A stretch of 64,000 nucleotides of DNA from an uncultured delta proteobacterium (GTDB lineage Bacteria > Desulfobacterota > Syntrophia > Syntrophales > UBA2185), in assembly GCA_963695875.1 (NCBI GenBank), contig CAVOID010000003.1:64001-128000 (forward strand), in the 5' to 3' direction. Positions 21,539 to 33,106 of this stretch are shown here, one piece after another (the stretch's first letter is position 1; the number at the start of each line of letters is the position of its first letter). Below the pieces are notes generated by a model. That model was not told the DNA's origin. It saw nothing but the letters and a program-made list of their open reading frames with translations, and ran no database searches. Made by a program: the position numbers and the translations under genes.

Positions 21539-23872
21539 ATGTCAAACAAACCAACAATCATTATTCCCGGCATGGAAAAAGGCATCCGTGTCGATTCAAG
21601 GATCCTGGAAGAACGTATTCAGAAAGCTGTCGATGACGGTCATCGATGCATAGAAATAATTGCCCATGGTCAGCATGGAATTGGCGGCCGTCTGTGGAGG
21701 GCAGGGACAGAGTCTGTCCTGATCAGGGTGATGGGGACATCTGGACAGCGAGTCGGTTCCATGGGATTTCCCAATACCTTCATTGACGTTATCGGACCGG
21801 TCTCCGATGATGTAGGATGGCTTAATGCCGGTGCCCAAATTGTTGTTCGCGGCAATGCGACCAACGGTGCGGGTAACGCTATGGCTCAGGGTAAGATTTA
21901 TGTTGTGGGTGACACCGGTGCCCGCGCTATGACGATGACAAAGCATAATCCTCGTTTTGATCCTCCGGAACTGTGGGTGTTGGGAAGCGTGGGGGATTCC
22001 TTTGCCGAGTTCATGGCTGGTGGGATTGCTGTTGTCTGTGGACATAATACGCCCCGTAAGGATAACGTTCTCGGTTATCGCCCATGCGTCGGTATGGTAG
22101 GAGGAAAGATATTCTTCCGTGGATATCATAAAGGCTTCAGTGCGGAAGACGCCAGGTTGACGAAACCCGACGATGACGAATGGCAGTGGTTGATCCTCAA
22201 CATGAAGGATTTTCTCGATACTATAGACCATTCGGAATTGTACCCACTCTTGACCAGTGAACGGGAACAATGGCAGCTCCTTGTGGCCCGTAAGCCTCAT
22301 GAAAAGATTGGTAAGCTTTCCAGAAAGATGAATCAATTCCGTAAAGAAGTCTGGGATCGGGAACTCGGGCCGGGGGGGCTTATCGGCGATCTGTCCGATA
22401 TGGATAGAAGCCCCATCGACGTAATTACAACAGGCATACTGCGTCGATTTGTTCCTGTATGGGAAAATGACAAATACCTGCCGCCCTGCCAGGCGAACTG
22501 TCCCACCGGCATCCCCGTGCAAAAGCGGTGGGAATTGATCCGCCAAGGGTTAATAGAAAAGGCCGTAGATCTGGCACTGTCATATACTCCCTTTCCGGCG
22601 ACCGTTTGCGGGTATCTCTGCCCGAATCTCTGCATGGAACACTGCACACGGCAAAAAGAAAAACTCCCACCGGTCGACATTACCCTGCTCGGCAAGGCCA
22701 GCTTGAAGGCGACGTCGCCGGAGCCTGCTCCCAAGACAGGCAAGAAGATCGCCGTAATCGGCGGTGGGGCATCGGGGCTATCCGTTGCGTGGCAGCTGTG
22801 GATGAAGGGGCATGAGCCGGTCATTTACGAGATGCGGGCTCGCCTCGGCGGAAAGATTACCGACATGATTCCAAGCAGCAGAATTCCTGACGAGGTAGTG
22901 GAACATGAATTGAACCGGGTTAGCGAACAGGTTACCCACATTAATTTGAAGCATCCCCTGACAAAAGAGGAGTTTGTTCAACTCAAGGAAAAGCACGATT
23001 TCACAGTAATTGCCATAGGGGCACAGAAGCCGCGGATGATTCCTGTCCCAGGCAATGAAAGGACAATTCCGGCGCTTGAGTTCCTCAGGCAAAGCAAGGC
23101 GGGCATTGCACAGGTGGGAGAAAAAGTGGTTGTCATAGGAGCAGGCAATGTCGGTTGTGATGCCGCGGCAGAGGCTGTGAGGTTGGGAGCTAAAGAGGTA
23201 ATTCTCATCGACATACAGGAACCCGCATCGTATGGGAAAGAAAGAAAAGCTGCCGAAGCCGCAGGGGCAAAATTCTTATGGCCCCGGTTCACCAAAGCTA
23301 TTACGGAAGAAGGCGTAGAACTGACGGACGGGGAGGTACTACCGGCAAATACGGTCATCGTGTCCATCGGTGATCAACCTGATTTAGCTTTTTTGCCGGA
23401 AGATATTACCACCGACAGAGGTTTTATCGTGGTGGACGACCACTATCAGACCAGCGATCCCGAGGTTTTCGCCATCGGTGATGCCGTCAAGCTGGGTCTT
23501 TTGACGGACGCCATCGGCGCAGGACGCCTCGCAGCAATCGCCATCGATAATGTGCTGAAAGGTTGGTATGAGACCTTTGATAAGCTGCCCCCCATTGACC
23601 CGGGGCGGGTGAAGCTGGAATATTATGACTCCCGCATTCTCGCTTTTGATGATCCTGCGTATTGTGCGTCGCAGTGCGCATCATGCGGGGCATGCCGGGA
23701 TTGCGGTCTTTGCGAAACTATCTGTCCTGTAAATGCCATTTCAAGGCAAGAACTGGATGGTGATGCCTATGAATACAGTGTCAATGATGACAGATGCATC
23801 GGTTGCGGATTCTGTGCCGGGGCATGTCCTACAGGGGTATGGCTGCTCATCGAAAACGAACCTCTGGAATAG
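21539..23872 (+). CDS. Fusion of GltB C-terminal GXGXG domain, GltD-like FAD/NAD(P)H oxidoreductase and ferredoxin
   Basis: AEFMAGG, CQANCP, CGYLCP, GGGASG, GAGNVG, FAIGD, two C-terminal CxxCxxC motifs. Confidence 0.9.
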   Translation: MSNKPTIIIPGMEKGIRVDSRILEERIQKAVDDGHRCIEIIAHGQHGIGGRLWRAGTESVLIRVMGTSGQRVGSMGFPNTFIDVIGPVSDDVGWLNAGAQIVVRGNATNGAGNAMAQGKIYVVGDTGARAMTMTKHNPRFDPPELWVLGSVGDSFAEFMAGGIAVVCGHNTPRKDNVLGYRPCVGMVGGKIFFRGYHKGFSAEDARLTKPDDDEWQWLILNMKDFLDTIDHSELYPLLTSEREQWQLLVARKPHEKIGKLSRKMNQFRKEVWDRELGPGGLIGDLSDMDRSPIDVITTGILRRFVPVWENDKYLPPCQANCPTGIPVQKRWELIRQGLIEKAVDLALSYTPFPATVCGYLCPNLCMEHCTRQKEKLPPVDITLLGKASLKATSPEPAPKTGKKIAVIGGGASGLSVAWQLWMKGHEPVIYEMRARLGGKITDMIPSSRIPDEVVEHELNRVSEQVTHINLKHPLTKEEFVQLKEKHDFTVIAIGAQKPRMIPVPGNERTIPALEFLRQSKAGIAQVGEKVVVIGAGNVGCDAAAEAVRLGAKEVILIDIQEPASYGKERKAAEAAGAKFLWPRFTKAITEEGVELTDGEVLPANTVIVSIGDQPDLAFLPEDITTDRGFIVVDDHYQTSDPEVFAIGDAVKLGLLTDAIGAGRLAAIAIDNVLKGWYETFDKLPPIDPGRVKLEYYDSRILAFDDPAYCASQCASCGACRDCGLCETICPVNAISRQELDGDAYEYSVNDDRCIGCGFCAGACPTGVWLLIENEPLE

Positions 23873-23969
23873 CGAAAAGATACAGTCTGCCACCCAGAGC
23901 GGCCTGATGTTTTCAGCAATAAAGGCACTTTAAGAGTGTAAGATAAAAAAACTAAGAAAGGGGTGTGTT

Positions 23970-25302
23970 ATGTTTTCATGCAAGACGAAAGCGGATGTTA
24001 TTAAAGCGGTCAAGGAACACAACGTCAGTTTCATTCAGTTCTGGTTTACCGATGTGCTGGGGATGCAGAAGATTTTCAGCATCACACCGTCCGAACTGGA
24101 GGAGGGGCTGGAAGAAGGGATGGGCTTTGACGGGTCGTCGATCATGGGGTTTGCACGGATCGAAGAGAGCGACATGATCGCCATGGCCGATCCGACGACC
24201 TTCCAGTTGATTCCCTGGCGCCCTTCCGACCGGCCGGTAGCAAGGATGATTTGCGACATTCTGAATCCTGACGGCACGCCTTATGAAGGTGATCCCCGTT
24301 ATGTCCTAAAAAAGTCCCTCAAAAAGATCGCCGATCAGGGCTATACTTTCTATGTAGGTCCGGAATTGGAATATTTCTATTTCGCCAATGACAAGACAAC
24401 GGACATTCTGGATCAGGGCGGCTACTTTGACGGCCTTCCCATAGACAGTGCCACCGACCTGCGGCGTCAGACGATATTTGCCCTGCAGGATATGGGGATC
24501 CGTGTGGAATATTCTCATCATGAAGTGGCACCGAGCCAGCATGAGATTGACCTCCGTTATGACGATGCCCTGAAGATGGCCGACAAGGTCATGACCTATC
24601 GAACAGCGATCAAAGAGATTGCCCGACAGAACGGTGTCTATGCCACCTTTATGCCCAAGCCTATTTTCGGCCAGAACGGCAGCGGGATGCATACCCACCA
24701 GTCACTCTTCAAGGGCAGCAAAAACGCCTTCTTTGACGGGAAGGATAAATACCATCTGTCCGCGGTGGCAAAAAGCTACATCGCCGGTTTGATGACCCAT
24801 GCCCCGGAAATTACGGCCGTCTGCAATCAGTGGGTAAACTCCTACAAGCGCCTGGTACCCGGTTACGAGGCACCGGTTTATGTCTCCTGGGCGCGACGCA
24901 ACCGTTCTACCATGATTCGTGTTCCCATGTACAAACCGGGGAAAGAGAAGGCAACACGCATCGAGTTCCGTTCGCCCGACCCGGCATGCAATCCCTATCT
25001 GGCCTTTGCCGTGATGCTGGCGGCCGGCATGAAAGGCGTAGAGAAGAAGTACCCACTCCCCGAACCCATCGAAGAAGATATCTTTGAAATGGATGAGAAG
25101 GCCCGGGAAAAGGCGGGAATCACCTCTCTGCCGGGGAGTCTATATGAGGCCTTGATCGTTAGTATCAAAGAGTAAGCTTGTCAGGGAAACACTGGGGGAT
25201 CATATCTTCCAGAAGTTTATTGAAAACAAGAAGGTGGAATGGGATCGTTTCCGGACCCATGTGAGTCAGTACGAAATCGAACGGTATCTGCCCATACTGT
25301 AA
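23970..25302 (+). CDS. glnA: Glutamine synthetase type I, GSI-alpha-like (C-terminal frameshifts)
   Basis: FDGSS, GPELEY, HHEVAPSQHE, FMPKP, NGSGMHTH, SYKRLVPGYEAP, RIEFRSPD; C-terminus EIERYLPIL in another frame. Confidence 0.96.
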
Positions 25303-25322
25303 TGTAGGACATCATGAAAGTG

Positions 25323-25348
25323 GGGGCGGCTTCTCACGAAGCCGTCCC
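25323..25348 (+). terminator. Hairpin downstream of glnA
   Basis: GGGGCGGCTTC-TCAC-GAAGCCGTCCC. Confidence 0.5.
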
Positions 25349-25575
25349 TCCTCCGGCCTAGGCAAAACCTTTTTTCGAACTCATCTTAATGCCTCTCAAT
25401 ATAAGATTGAAAGATATCTTCCCTTGATGTATATAGAGCCACTTATTTCCTGGCAGAATAAAAGGTGGAAGTGATTGAAATTTATTAATTATTGAAGGAC
25501 CGCAATCCGATGGAACAACTTGGAGGAAGAAGCCACTATCATCAGTAAGCATACTCCTGTCAGTGGAAACGTCAT

Positions 25576-26765
25576 ATGTCAATTTTAAAGCACAATCACC
25601 CGGCCATATTGGTTTTGGAAGATGGGAGCGTATACCAAGGCTATGCTTTCGCCTCCTCCGGCGAGACCATGGGAGAGGTCGTATTTAATACAGGGATGAC
25701 CGGATACCAGGAAATAATAACCGATCCGTCCTACAAGGGGCAGATTGTGACCATGACCTATCCTTTGATCGGTAATTATGGAATCAATCCGGAAGATATG
25801 GAATCCGGAGATATCCACCTGGAAGGTTTTATCGTCAAAGAGTATCAGCCATACCCGAGTAACTGGCGAAGCCGGATGAGTTTAAAGGAGTTCCTTGAGT
25901 CTCACGGCAAAATAGGTGTCGAAGGCATTGACACGAGGGCATTGACGCGCCGCATACGCCTGGAGGGTGCAATGCGCGGGATCATTTCCACCGAGACCAG
26001 AGAGACTGACCTCTTGCTCACGCGTGTACGTGCTTATCCGGGTCTTGTAGGTCGGGACCTGATAAAAGAGGTGACCTGCAAGGAACCATATCGATGGAAG
26101 GATGGCGGACCTCAATCGCTAGCATCCACGGTTTAACTGAATCTTCCATAAGCAATGACGGGGCAACAGAATCAGGTGATGGGAAACGGCAGTTACGTGT
26201 CGTTGTTCTTGATTGCGGTGTCAAATACAATATTCTGCGAAATCTGGAGAGGTTAGGTTGTGAAGTCCTGGTCTTGCCCGCGACAGCGACCGGGAAGGAG
26301 ATGTTATCGTACAAACCGGACGGGATTTTGCTTTCCAATGGGCCGGGAGATCCGGCGGCATTACCTTATATTGTAGAAGCAACTGAACAGATCCTGGGTA
26401 AAGTTCCGATCTTCGGAATCTGCCTTGGTCATCAGATTTTGGGGCAGGCACTGGGCGGAAGGACAGAGAAACTGAAGTTTGGCCATCATGGCGTCAACCA
26501 GCCTGTCAAAAACATGCAAACCGGACGGATTGAAATCACATCGCAAAACCATGGGTTTGTTGTCGTGCCGGAATCCCTGCCGGAAGACCTGGAAAAAACA
26601 TATGATAACCTCAATGACCATACCTCGGAGGGAATGTGCCACCAGACCGAGCAGGCATTCAGTGTGCAATACCATCCCGAAGCGGCGCCGGGTCCTCACG
26701 ATGTCAACTATCTGTTTGAAAAGTTTGTATCCCTCATGAAAATGAATAAGGAAAAGTCGACATGA
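25576..26765 (+). CDS. carA: Carbamoyl-phosphate synthase small subunit (frameshift near 26130)
   Basis: GEVVFNTGMTGYQE, SNGPGDP, GICLGHQ, TSQNHGF, QYHPEA. Confidence 0.95.
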
Positions 26766-28292
26766 TCCTGATCATTGATTTTGGTTCACAGTACAATCAG
26801 CTGATCGCCAGGCGTGTGCGTGAGCACCATGTCTACTGCCAGATTGAGCCCCCGGATATTGACTTAGCAAAAATAAAGGCCCTTCATCCTGAGGGTATTA
26901 TTTTGTCCGGAGGTCCGGCAAGTATCTATGAAAAGGGAAGTCCGAGGGCAGACAGGGGAATTTTTGACCTGGGCATTCCCGTGTTGGGTATATGTTACGG
27001 CATGCAATTCATGGTCGATGCCCTGGGCGGAAAGGTCATCGGGGCGGCAAAACGGGAATACGGATTTGCCGAGCTCAGTATCAAAGATTTGTCAGGTATA
27101 TTTTCCGGTATAGCTAAGGAAACCCGTTGCTGGATGAGTCATGGAGACTCTATCGGCGTCTTACCGAAGGGTTTCAAAACCACGGCATCTACCCCCAATA
27201 CGAAGATCGCCGCTGCAGAAAATGCATCAAAGCGATTATACGGATTGCAGTTTCACCCGGAGGTTGTCCATACACCGGAAGGGAAAAAAATGCTGGAGAA
27301 CTTCCTTTTCCGCATCTGCAACTGCAAGAAAAGCTGGACGATGAAATCTTTCGCCCGGGACGCCATTGCAGATATTCGTGCCCAGGTCGGCGAGAGCAAG
27401 GTGATACTCGGTTTGAGCGGCGGTGTGGATTCATCGGTCGCTGCCGTCCTGCTCCATCAGGCCATCGGCCGTCAGCTGCATTGTGTCTTTGTGGATAACG
27501 GTGTACTTCGGGAAGGGGAAGCCGAGAAGGTTCAGGATGTTTTCCGGAAACATTTCCAGATCAACCTGCGATTTGCCCGGGCGAAGAAGCTTTTTCTGGA
27601 CAGGTTGAAGGGTGTTGCCGACCCTGAAAAGAAAAGGAAAATTATCGGCCGCACCTTCATCGAAGTTTTTGAAAAGGAAGCCCGGCGGATCAAGGATGTC
27701 AAATTTTTAGCCCAGGGGACCCTCTATCCCGATCTCATCGAATCCCGCTCGGCCTTCGGCGGGCCAAGCGCGGTGATCAAATCGCACCACAATGTGGGCG
27801 GCCTCCCGAAAAAGATGCATCTGTCCCTGGTGGAGCCCCTCAAACACCTCTTCAAGGACGAAGTCCGGCTGTTGGGCAAGGAACTGGGGATGTCCGATGA
27901 ACAGGTCTGGCGGCAGCCCTTTCCCGGCCCGGGTCTGGCTATCCGTATCATCGGGGAGGTTACGGAAAAACGGCTGGCTATCCTGCGCAAAGCCGACGTA
28001 ATTCTCATGGATGAGATCCGGGCGGCGAATCTCTACCGCAAGCTGTGGCAGTCCTTTGCCGTCCTTCTGCCGATCAAGAGCGTGGGTATTATGGGGGATC
28101 AACGGACCTACGAAAACATTCTGTCCATACGGGCGGTCACCAGTGACGATGCCATGACAGCAGACTGGGCGAAATTGCCCCATGAATCTGCTCGGAAGGA
28201 TTTCCAACCGCATCATCAATGAGGTCAGGGGTGTCAACCGGGTGGTCTATGATATCAGCTCGAAGCCACCGAGTACGATTGAGTGGGAGTAA
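26762..28292 (+). CDS. guaA: GMP synthase, glutamine-hydrolysing (C-terminal frameshift)
   Basis: [44 protein letters not shown], terminal KPPSTIEWE. Confidence 0.96.
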
Positions 28293-28303
28293 ATATATAG
28301 CGA

Positions 28304-31300
28304 ATGCCTAAAAGAAATGACCTGAAAAAAATACTTATTATCGGTTCCGGCCCGATCATTATCAGCCAGGCATGTGAGTTCGACTACTCCGGCACGCAGG
28401 CTTGTAAGGCATTGAAGGAAGAAGGTTATCAGGTCGTTCTGATCAACAGCAACCCGGCGACAATAATGACTGACCCTGAAATGGCGGACAGGACGTATGT
28501 GGAACCGATTACGCCGGAAGCGGTAGCGAAGATCATTGTCAAGGAACGACCCGATGCCCTCCTGCCTACCCTGGGAGGACAGACGGGACTGAACACTGCC
28601 GTCGCAGTTGCGGAAAGCGGCGTGCTGGAACGCTACGGCGTGGAGATGATCGGTGCATCTCTCGAAGTAATCCAAAAGGCGGAGGATCGCGAGAAGTTCC
28701 GCAACGCCATGGAGCGGATAGGACTCCGGGTACCGCGAAGCGGATTTGCCAGAAATATGGATGAAGTATTTGCCGTTGCGGCAGATATCGGATTCCCTCT
28801 CATTATCCGTCCCTCCTTTACCCTGGGGGGTACAGGGAGCGGTGTAGCCTACAACAGGGAGGAACTGGCGGAAATCGCCAAGGCGGGACTGGATGCCAGT
28901 ATGATCCATGAAATTATGCTGGAAGAATCGGTTCTGGGCTGGAAAGAGTATGAACTCGAGGTAATGCGAGACAGGGCCGACAATGTTGTGATCATCTGTT
29001 CCATAGAAAATTTTGATCCCATGGGTATTCATACCGGAGAATCAATCACGGTTGCACCCGCCCAGACACTTACGGATGTTGAGTATCAGCGAATGCGCGA
29101 TGCAGCCATCGCCATCATGCGGGAAATAGGTGTGGAAACAGGCGGATCGAATGTACAGTTCGCCATAAATCCCGACAACGGAGATCTGGTCGTCATCGAG
29201 ATGAATCCCCGTGTATCACGATCTTCAGCACTTGCCTCCAAGGCAACAGGTTTCCCCATCGCAAAAATTGCAGCAAAACTGGCCGTCGGCTACACCCTTG
29301 ATGAGATTCCCAATGATATTACCAGAGAAACGATGGCATCCTTTGAGCCGACCATTGACTATTGTGTTGTCAAGATTCCCCGCTGGACATTTGAAAAATT
29401 TCCGCAGACCGAAGATGTGTTGACGACGTCCATGAAATCGGTGGGAGAGACCATGTCCATCGGCCGTACCTTTAAAGAGGCCCTCCAGAAGGCGGTCCGT
29501 TCACTGGAAATCGGGCGATTCAGTATGAAACTGCCTCTTTGCCGGATGATGTCAACGCCACTGAATTCTTAACGTCTAAATTAAAGACACCGAATTCCCT
29601 TCGACTATTTTATATTGCCACTGCATTGCGTCACGGCATGAGCATAGAGGAAATAGCCGGACTGACCTGGATCGATCCATGGTTTCTGCACCAGATACAA
29701 GACCATAGTCGATGCGGAAAAGATTCTCGAGACAACATCACTTTCGGTTGACGCATTGCGGGAAGCAAAACAGCTGGGATTCTCTGATCGATATCTCGGC
29801 GAAGTCTGGAACCTACCGGAAGCGGATATTCGCCAACAGCGCTTTCGTGAAAATATTGTGCCTGTCTTCAAGCTTGTGGATACCTGCGCCGCTGAGTTCG
29901 AGGCTTATACCCCTTACTACTATTCAACGTACGAGGATGAAGATGAAGCAAGACCCTCTTCTAAACCAAAGGTGGTTATCCTGGGGGGAGGACCTAACCG
30001 CATCGGACAGGGTATCGAATTCGATTACTGCTGTGTCCACGCGTCTTTCGCCCTTCGTGAAGAGGAGTATGAGAGTATCATGGTGAATTCAAACCCGGAG
30101 ACGGTCAGTACCGACTATGATACATCGGATAAGCTGTTTTTTGAGCCGGTAACCCTGGAAGATGTCCTTCATATTCTGAAGACCGAAAAACCTCTCGGAG
30201 TAATTGTTCAGTTCGGAGGGCAGACTCCCCTCAATCTCGCCAAGGGTCTGGAGGCCTCGGGTGCAAGGATTCTGGGAACATCACCCGATGCTATAGACCG
30301 CGCCGAAGACAGAAAACGTTTTCAGGATATCGTAAAACGATTAAACCTTAAGCAACCGGACAACGATACAGCAACAGATGTCAATGGAGCACTCAAGGCA
30401 GCACGGCGGATCGGTTATCCCGTCCTGGTCAGGCCTTCCTACGTCCTGGGAGGGCGATCCATGGAAATTGTGTACGATCAGGAGAGCTTGATCCAGTTTA
30501 TGGAAAAGGCCATCGCTGTCTCTCCGGATCATCCTATTCTGATCGACAAATTCCTCGAGGATGCCATTGAGGTCGATGTGGATGCCATCAGCGACGGCAC
30601 GGATACAGTTATCGGCGGCATCATGGAACATATCGAAGAAGCCGGTATCCATTCCGGAGACAGTGCCTGTGTTCTGCCGCCTATCACATTTTCCCAGGAA
30701 CTCCTTGAGACAATCGAGAGCCAGACAAAACAGATCTCCCAAGAATTGGGAGTGGTCGGCCTGATGAACATCCAGTATGCTGTAAAAGATGGTGTTCTTT
30801 ATGTTCTGGAGGTTAATCCGCGGGCGTCCCGAACTGTTCCTTTTGTCAGCAAGGCTATCGGTGTGCCCCTCGCCAAACTGGCAACCAAGGTAATGATGGG
30901 GCGATCCTTAAAGGAACTGGGATTTACGAAGACCATATGGCCGGAACATATCTCTGTAAAAGAGGCCGTCTTTCCCTTTAACAGGTTTCCGAATGTGGAC
31001 GTCCTCCTTGGGCCGGAAATGAAGTCCACCGGGGAAGTGATGGGAATTGACCGTTCATTTGGGATGGCATTTGCCAAATCACAGATGGCCGCCGGGTTTC
31101 ATTTGCCTCTTGAGGGAGGCGTGTTCATCAGTGTAAATGATGTGCACAAGGATAAAATCGTTCCCGTCGCCCGTTCGTTTCGAGACTATGGGTTTCCATA
31201 TCATGGCCACCCGCGGTACGGCGGCCCACTTGACAGAAATACGGCGTCAGGACGGAGACTATTCTTAAGGTTAGCGAGGGCCGTCCCCACATTGTGGATC

Positions 31301-31515
31301 GTATTAAAAACGGCGATATCCAGGTGGTGATCAATGCGAGTGTGGGACGCAGGTCAACCTTCGACGCCTATCACATACGCCGCGGCGCTCTCATCTATAA
31401 TGTGCTTTACACAACGACGATTGCCGGTTCCAGGGCGCTGAGTGAGGCTATTATGGCATTGAAGAAGGAAAAGTGGGAGGTTTCTCCACTTCAGGACTAT
31501 TATCGTAAAGTGTAG
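28304..31515 (+). CDS. carB: Carbamoyl-phosphate synthase large subunit (several frameshifts)
   Basis: [62 protein letters not shown]. Confidence 0.96.
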
Positions 31516-31531
31516 ATTGGGGGCGTTATCA

Positions 31532-32953
31532 ATGTCTCAAGATTATATAGATGAAGGTAAACCAAGGGAAGAATGTGGTGTTTTTGCTATTTACGGAAAC
31601 GAAGAAGCAGCGCGTACTACATTTTTCGGGCTCTTTGCCCTCCAGCACCGGGGGCAGGAGAGTGCGGGTATCAACACAGCTGATGGTTGTCAGGTATGGG
31701 GACACAAGGGTATGGGCCTGGCGTCTGAAGTCTTTCATGAAGATATCCTCTCAAAGCTTCCGGGCCATCTAGCCATAGGGCATGTTCGTTATTCGACAAC
31801 CGGATCTTCTGTTCTTTCCAATGCCCAGCCGTTCTTAGTGCATCACGGCGATGAATATTACGCCCTAGGCCACAACGGGAACCTCATTAATGCCCAGGAA
31901 TTGCGGTCTGAACTTGAAGACCGAGGCTCCATCTTCCAGTCCACGATGGATAGTGAGGTTGTTATCCACCTGATGGCAAAACATTTGAAAAATGGGATCG
32001 ATGACGCAATAACAAAAGCCCTCGCCCAGGTTCAGGGCTCTTATAGTATTGTAATGCTGACCAAAGATAAGGTCATTGCTGCACGTGATCCGCGTGGCTT
32101 CCGTCCATTATGCCTCGGAGAGCTCAACGGCGGGTGGGTCATTGCTTCCGAGACCTGCGCCTTCGACCTGATAGGCGCCAGATACCTGCGTGATGTAAAA
32201 CCTGGCGAGATCCTGATAATTGACCAGAAAGGAGTAAGAAGCCTTACACCGTATCCTCAGGTGAGGTATGCACACTGTATCTTTGAGCTGATATATTTTG
32301 CTCGGCCAGACAGCCAGGTCTTCGGACAAAATGTGTATATGTGCCGGAAACGACTCGGACACAGCCTGGCAAAGGAATGCAGGCCGGATGTGGATATTGT
32401 TATGCCGTTTCCCGATTCCGGCACCTACGCCGCTCTGGGTTATGCGGAAGAGAGCGGCATCCCCTTTGAGATGGGTATGATCCGCAACCATTATGTGGGA
32501 CGTACGTTCATTCAGCCGTCCCAGCCAATGAGGGACTTTAGTGTGAGGGTAAAATTGAACCCGGTGCGCCCTTTGCTTTCCGGGAAACGGGTCCTTATTG
32601 TAGAGGATTCCATCATCAGGGGAACAACAAGCCGTAACCGTGTACGTAATCTCCGGGAGAGTGGTGTCAGGGAAATTCACATGGTTGTTAGCTGTCCGCC
32701 AACACGTCATCCCTGTCCATACGGAATTGATTTTTCATCTAAAGGTGAGCTAATCGCCGCGCAGAGAGAATATGTTGATGCTGTTCGACGGTTTATAGGA
32801 CTGGATAGTTTACATTACCTTTCTTTAGAAGGTATGGTCGAAGCGACAGGCATGGATTGCGACAGTTTCTGCCTTGCCTGCTATACGGGTGATTACCCCT
32901 TGCCGCCTCCGGCGGATTTCGGGAAGTTCTGTTTCGAAACTGGGAAAACATAA
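31532..32953 (+). CDS. purF: Amidophosphoribosyltransferase
   Basis: Propeptide EEC, LQHRGQE, GHVRYST, CIFELIYFARPDS, EDSIIRGTT, FCLAC. Confidence 0.96.
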   Translation: MSQDYIDEGKPREECGVFAIYGNEEAARTTFFGLFALQHRGQESAGINTADGCQVWGHKGMGLASEVFHEDILSKLPGHLAIGHVRYSTTGSSVLSNAQPFLVHHGDEYYALGHNGNLINAQELRSELEDRGSIFQSTMDSEVVIHLMAKHLKNGIDDAITKALAQVQGSYSIVMLTKDKVIAARDPRGFRPLCLGELNGGWVIASETCAFDLIGARYLRDVKPGEILIIDQKGVRSLTPYPQVRYAHCIFELIYFARPDSQVFGQNVYMCRKRLGHSLAKECRPDVDIVMPFPDSGTYAALGYAEESGIPFEMGMIRNHYVGRTFIQPSQPMRDFSVRVKLNPVRPLLSGKRVLIVEDSIIRGTTSRNRVRNLRESGVREIHMVVSCPPTRHPCPYGIDFSSKGELIAAQREYVDAVRRFIGLDSLHYLSLEGMVEATGMDCDSFCLACYTGDYPLPPPADFGKFCFETGKT

Positions 32954-33019
32954 CTATATCCCGGTCTTGTAATATTACTATTTTAGTATTACCATTATCC
33001 TGTTACTAAAAAGTGCTGA

Positions 33020-33071
33020 ACAGGAAAGTAAAACATAAGAGTGACGTCACTCATTACGTTTTACTTCCTGT
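33020..33071. repeat. 52-bp near-perfect palindrome between convergent genes
   Basis: ACAGGAAAGTAAAAC...GAGTGAC|GTCACTC...GTTTTACTTCCTGT. Confidence 0.8.
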
Positions 33072-33106
33072 ATGGTCCGAATCTGAATGTGGTTGTTTTA
33101 TGTGTA

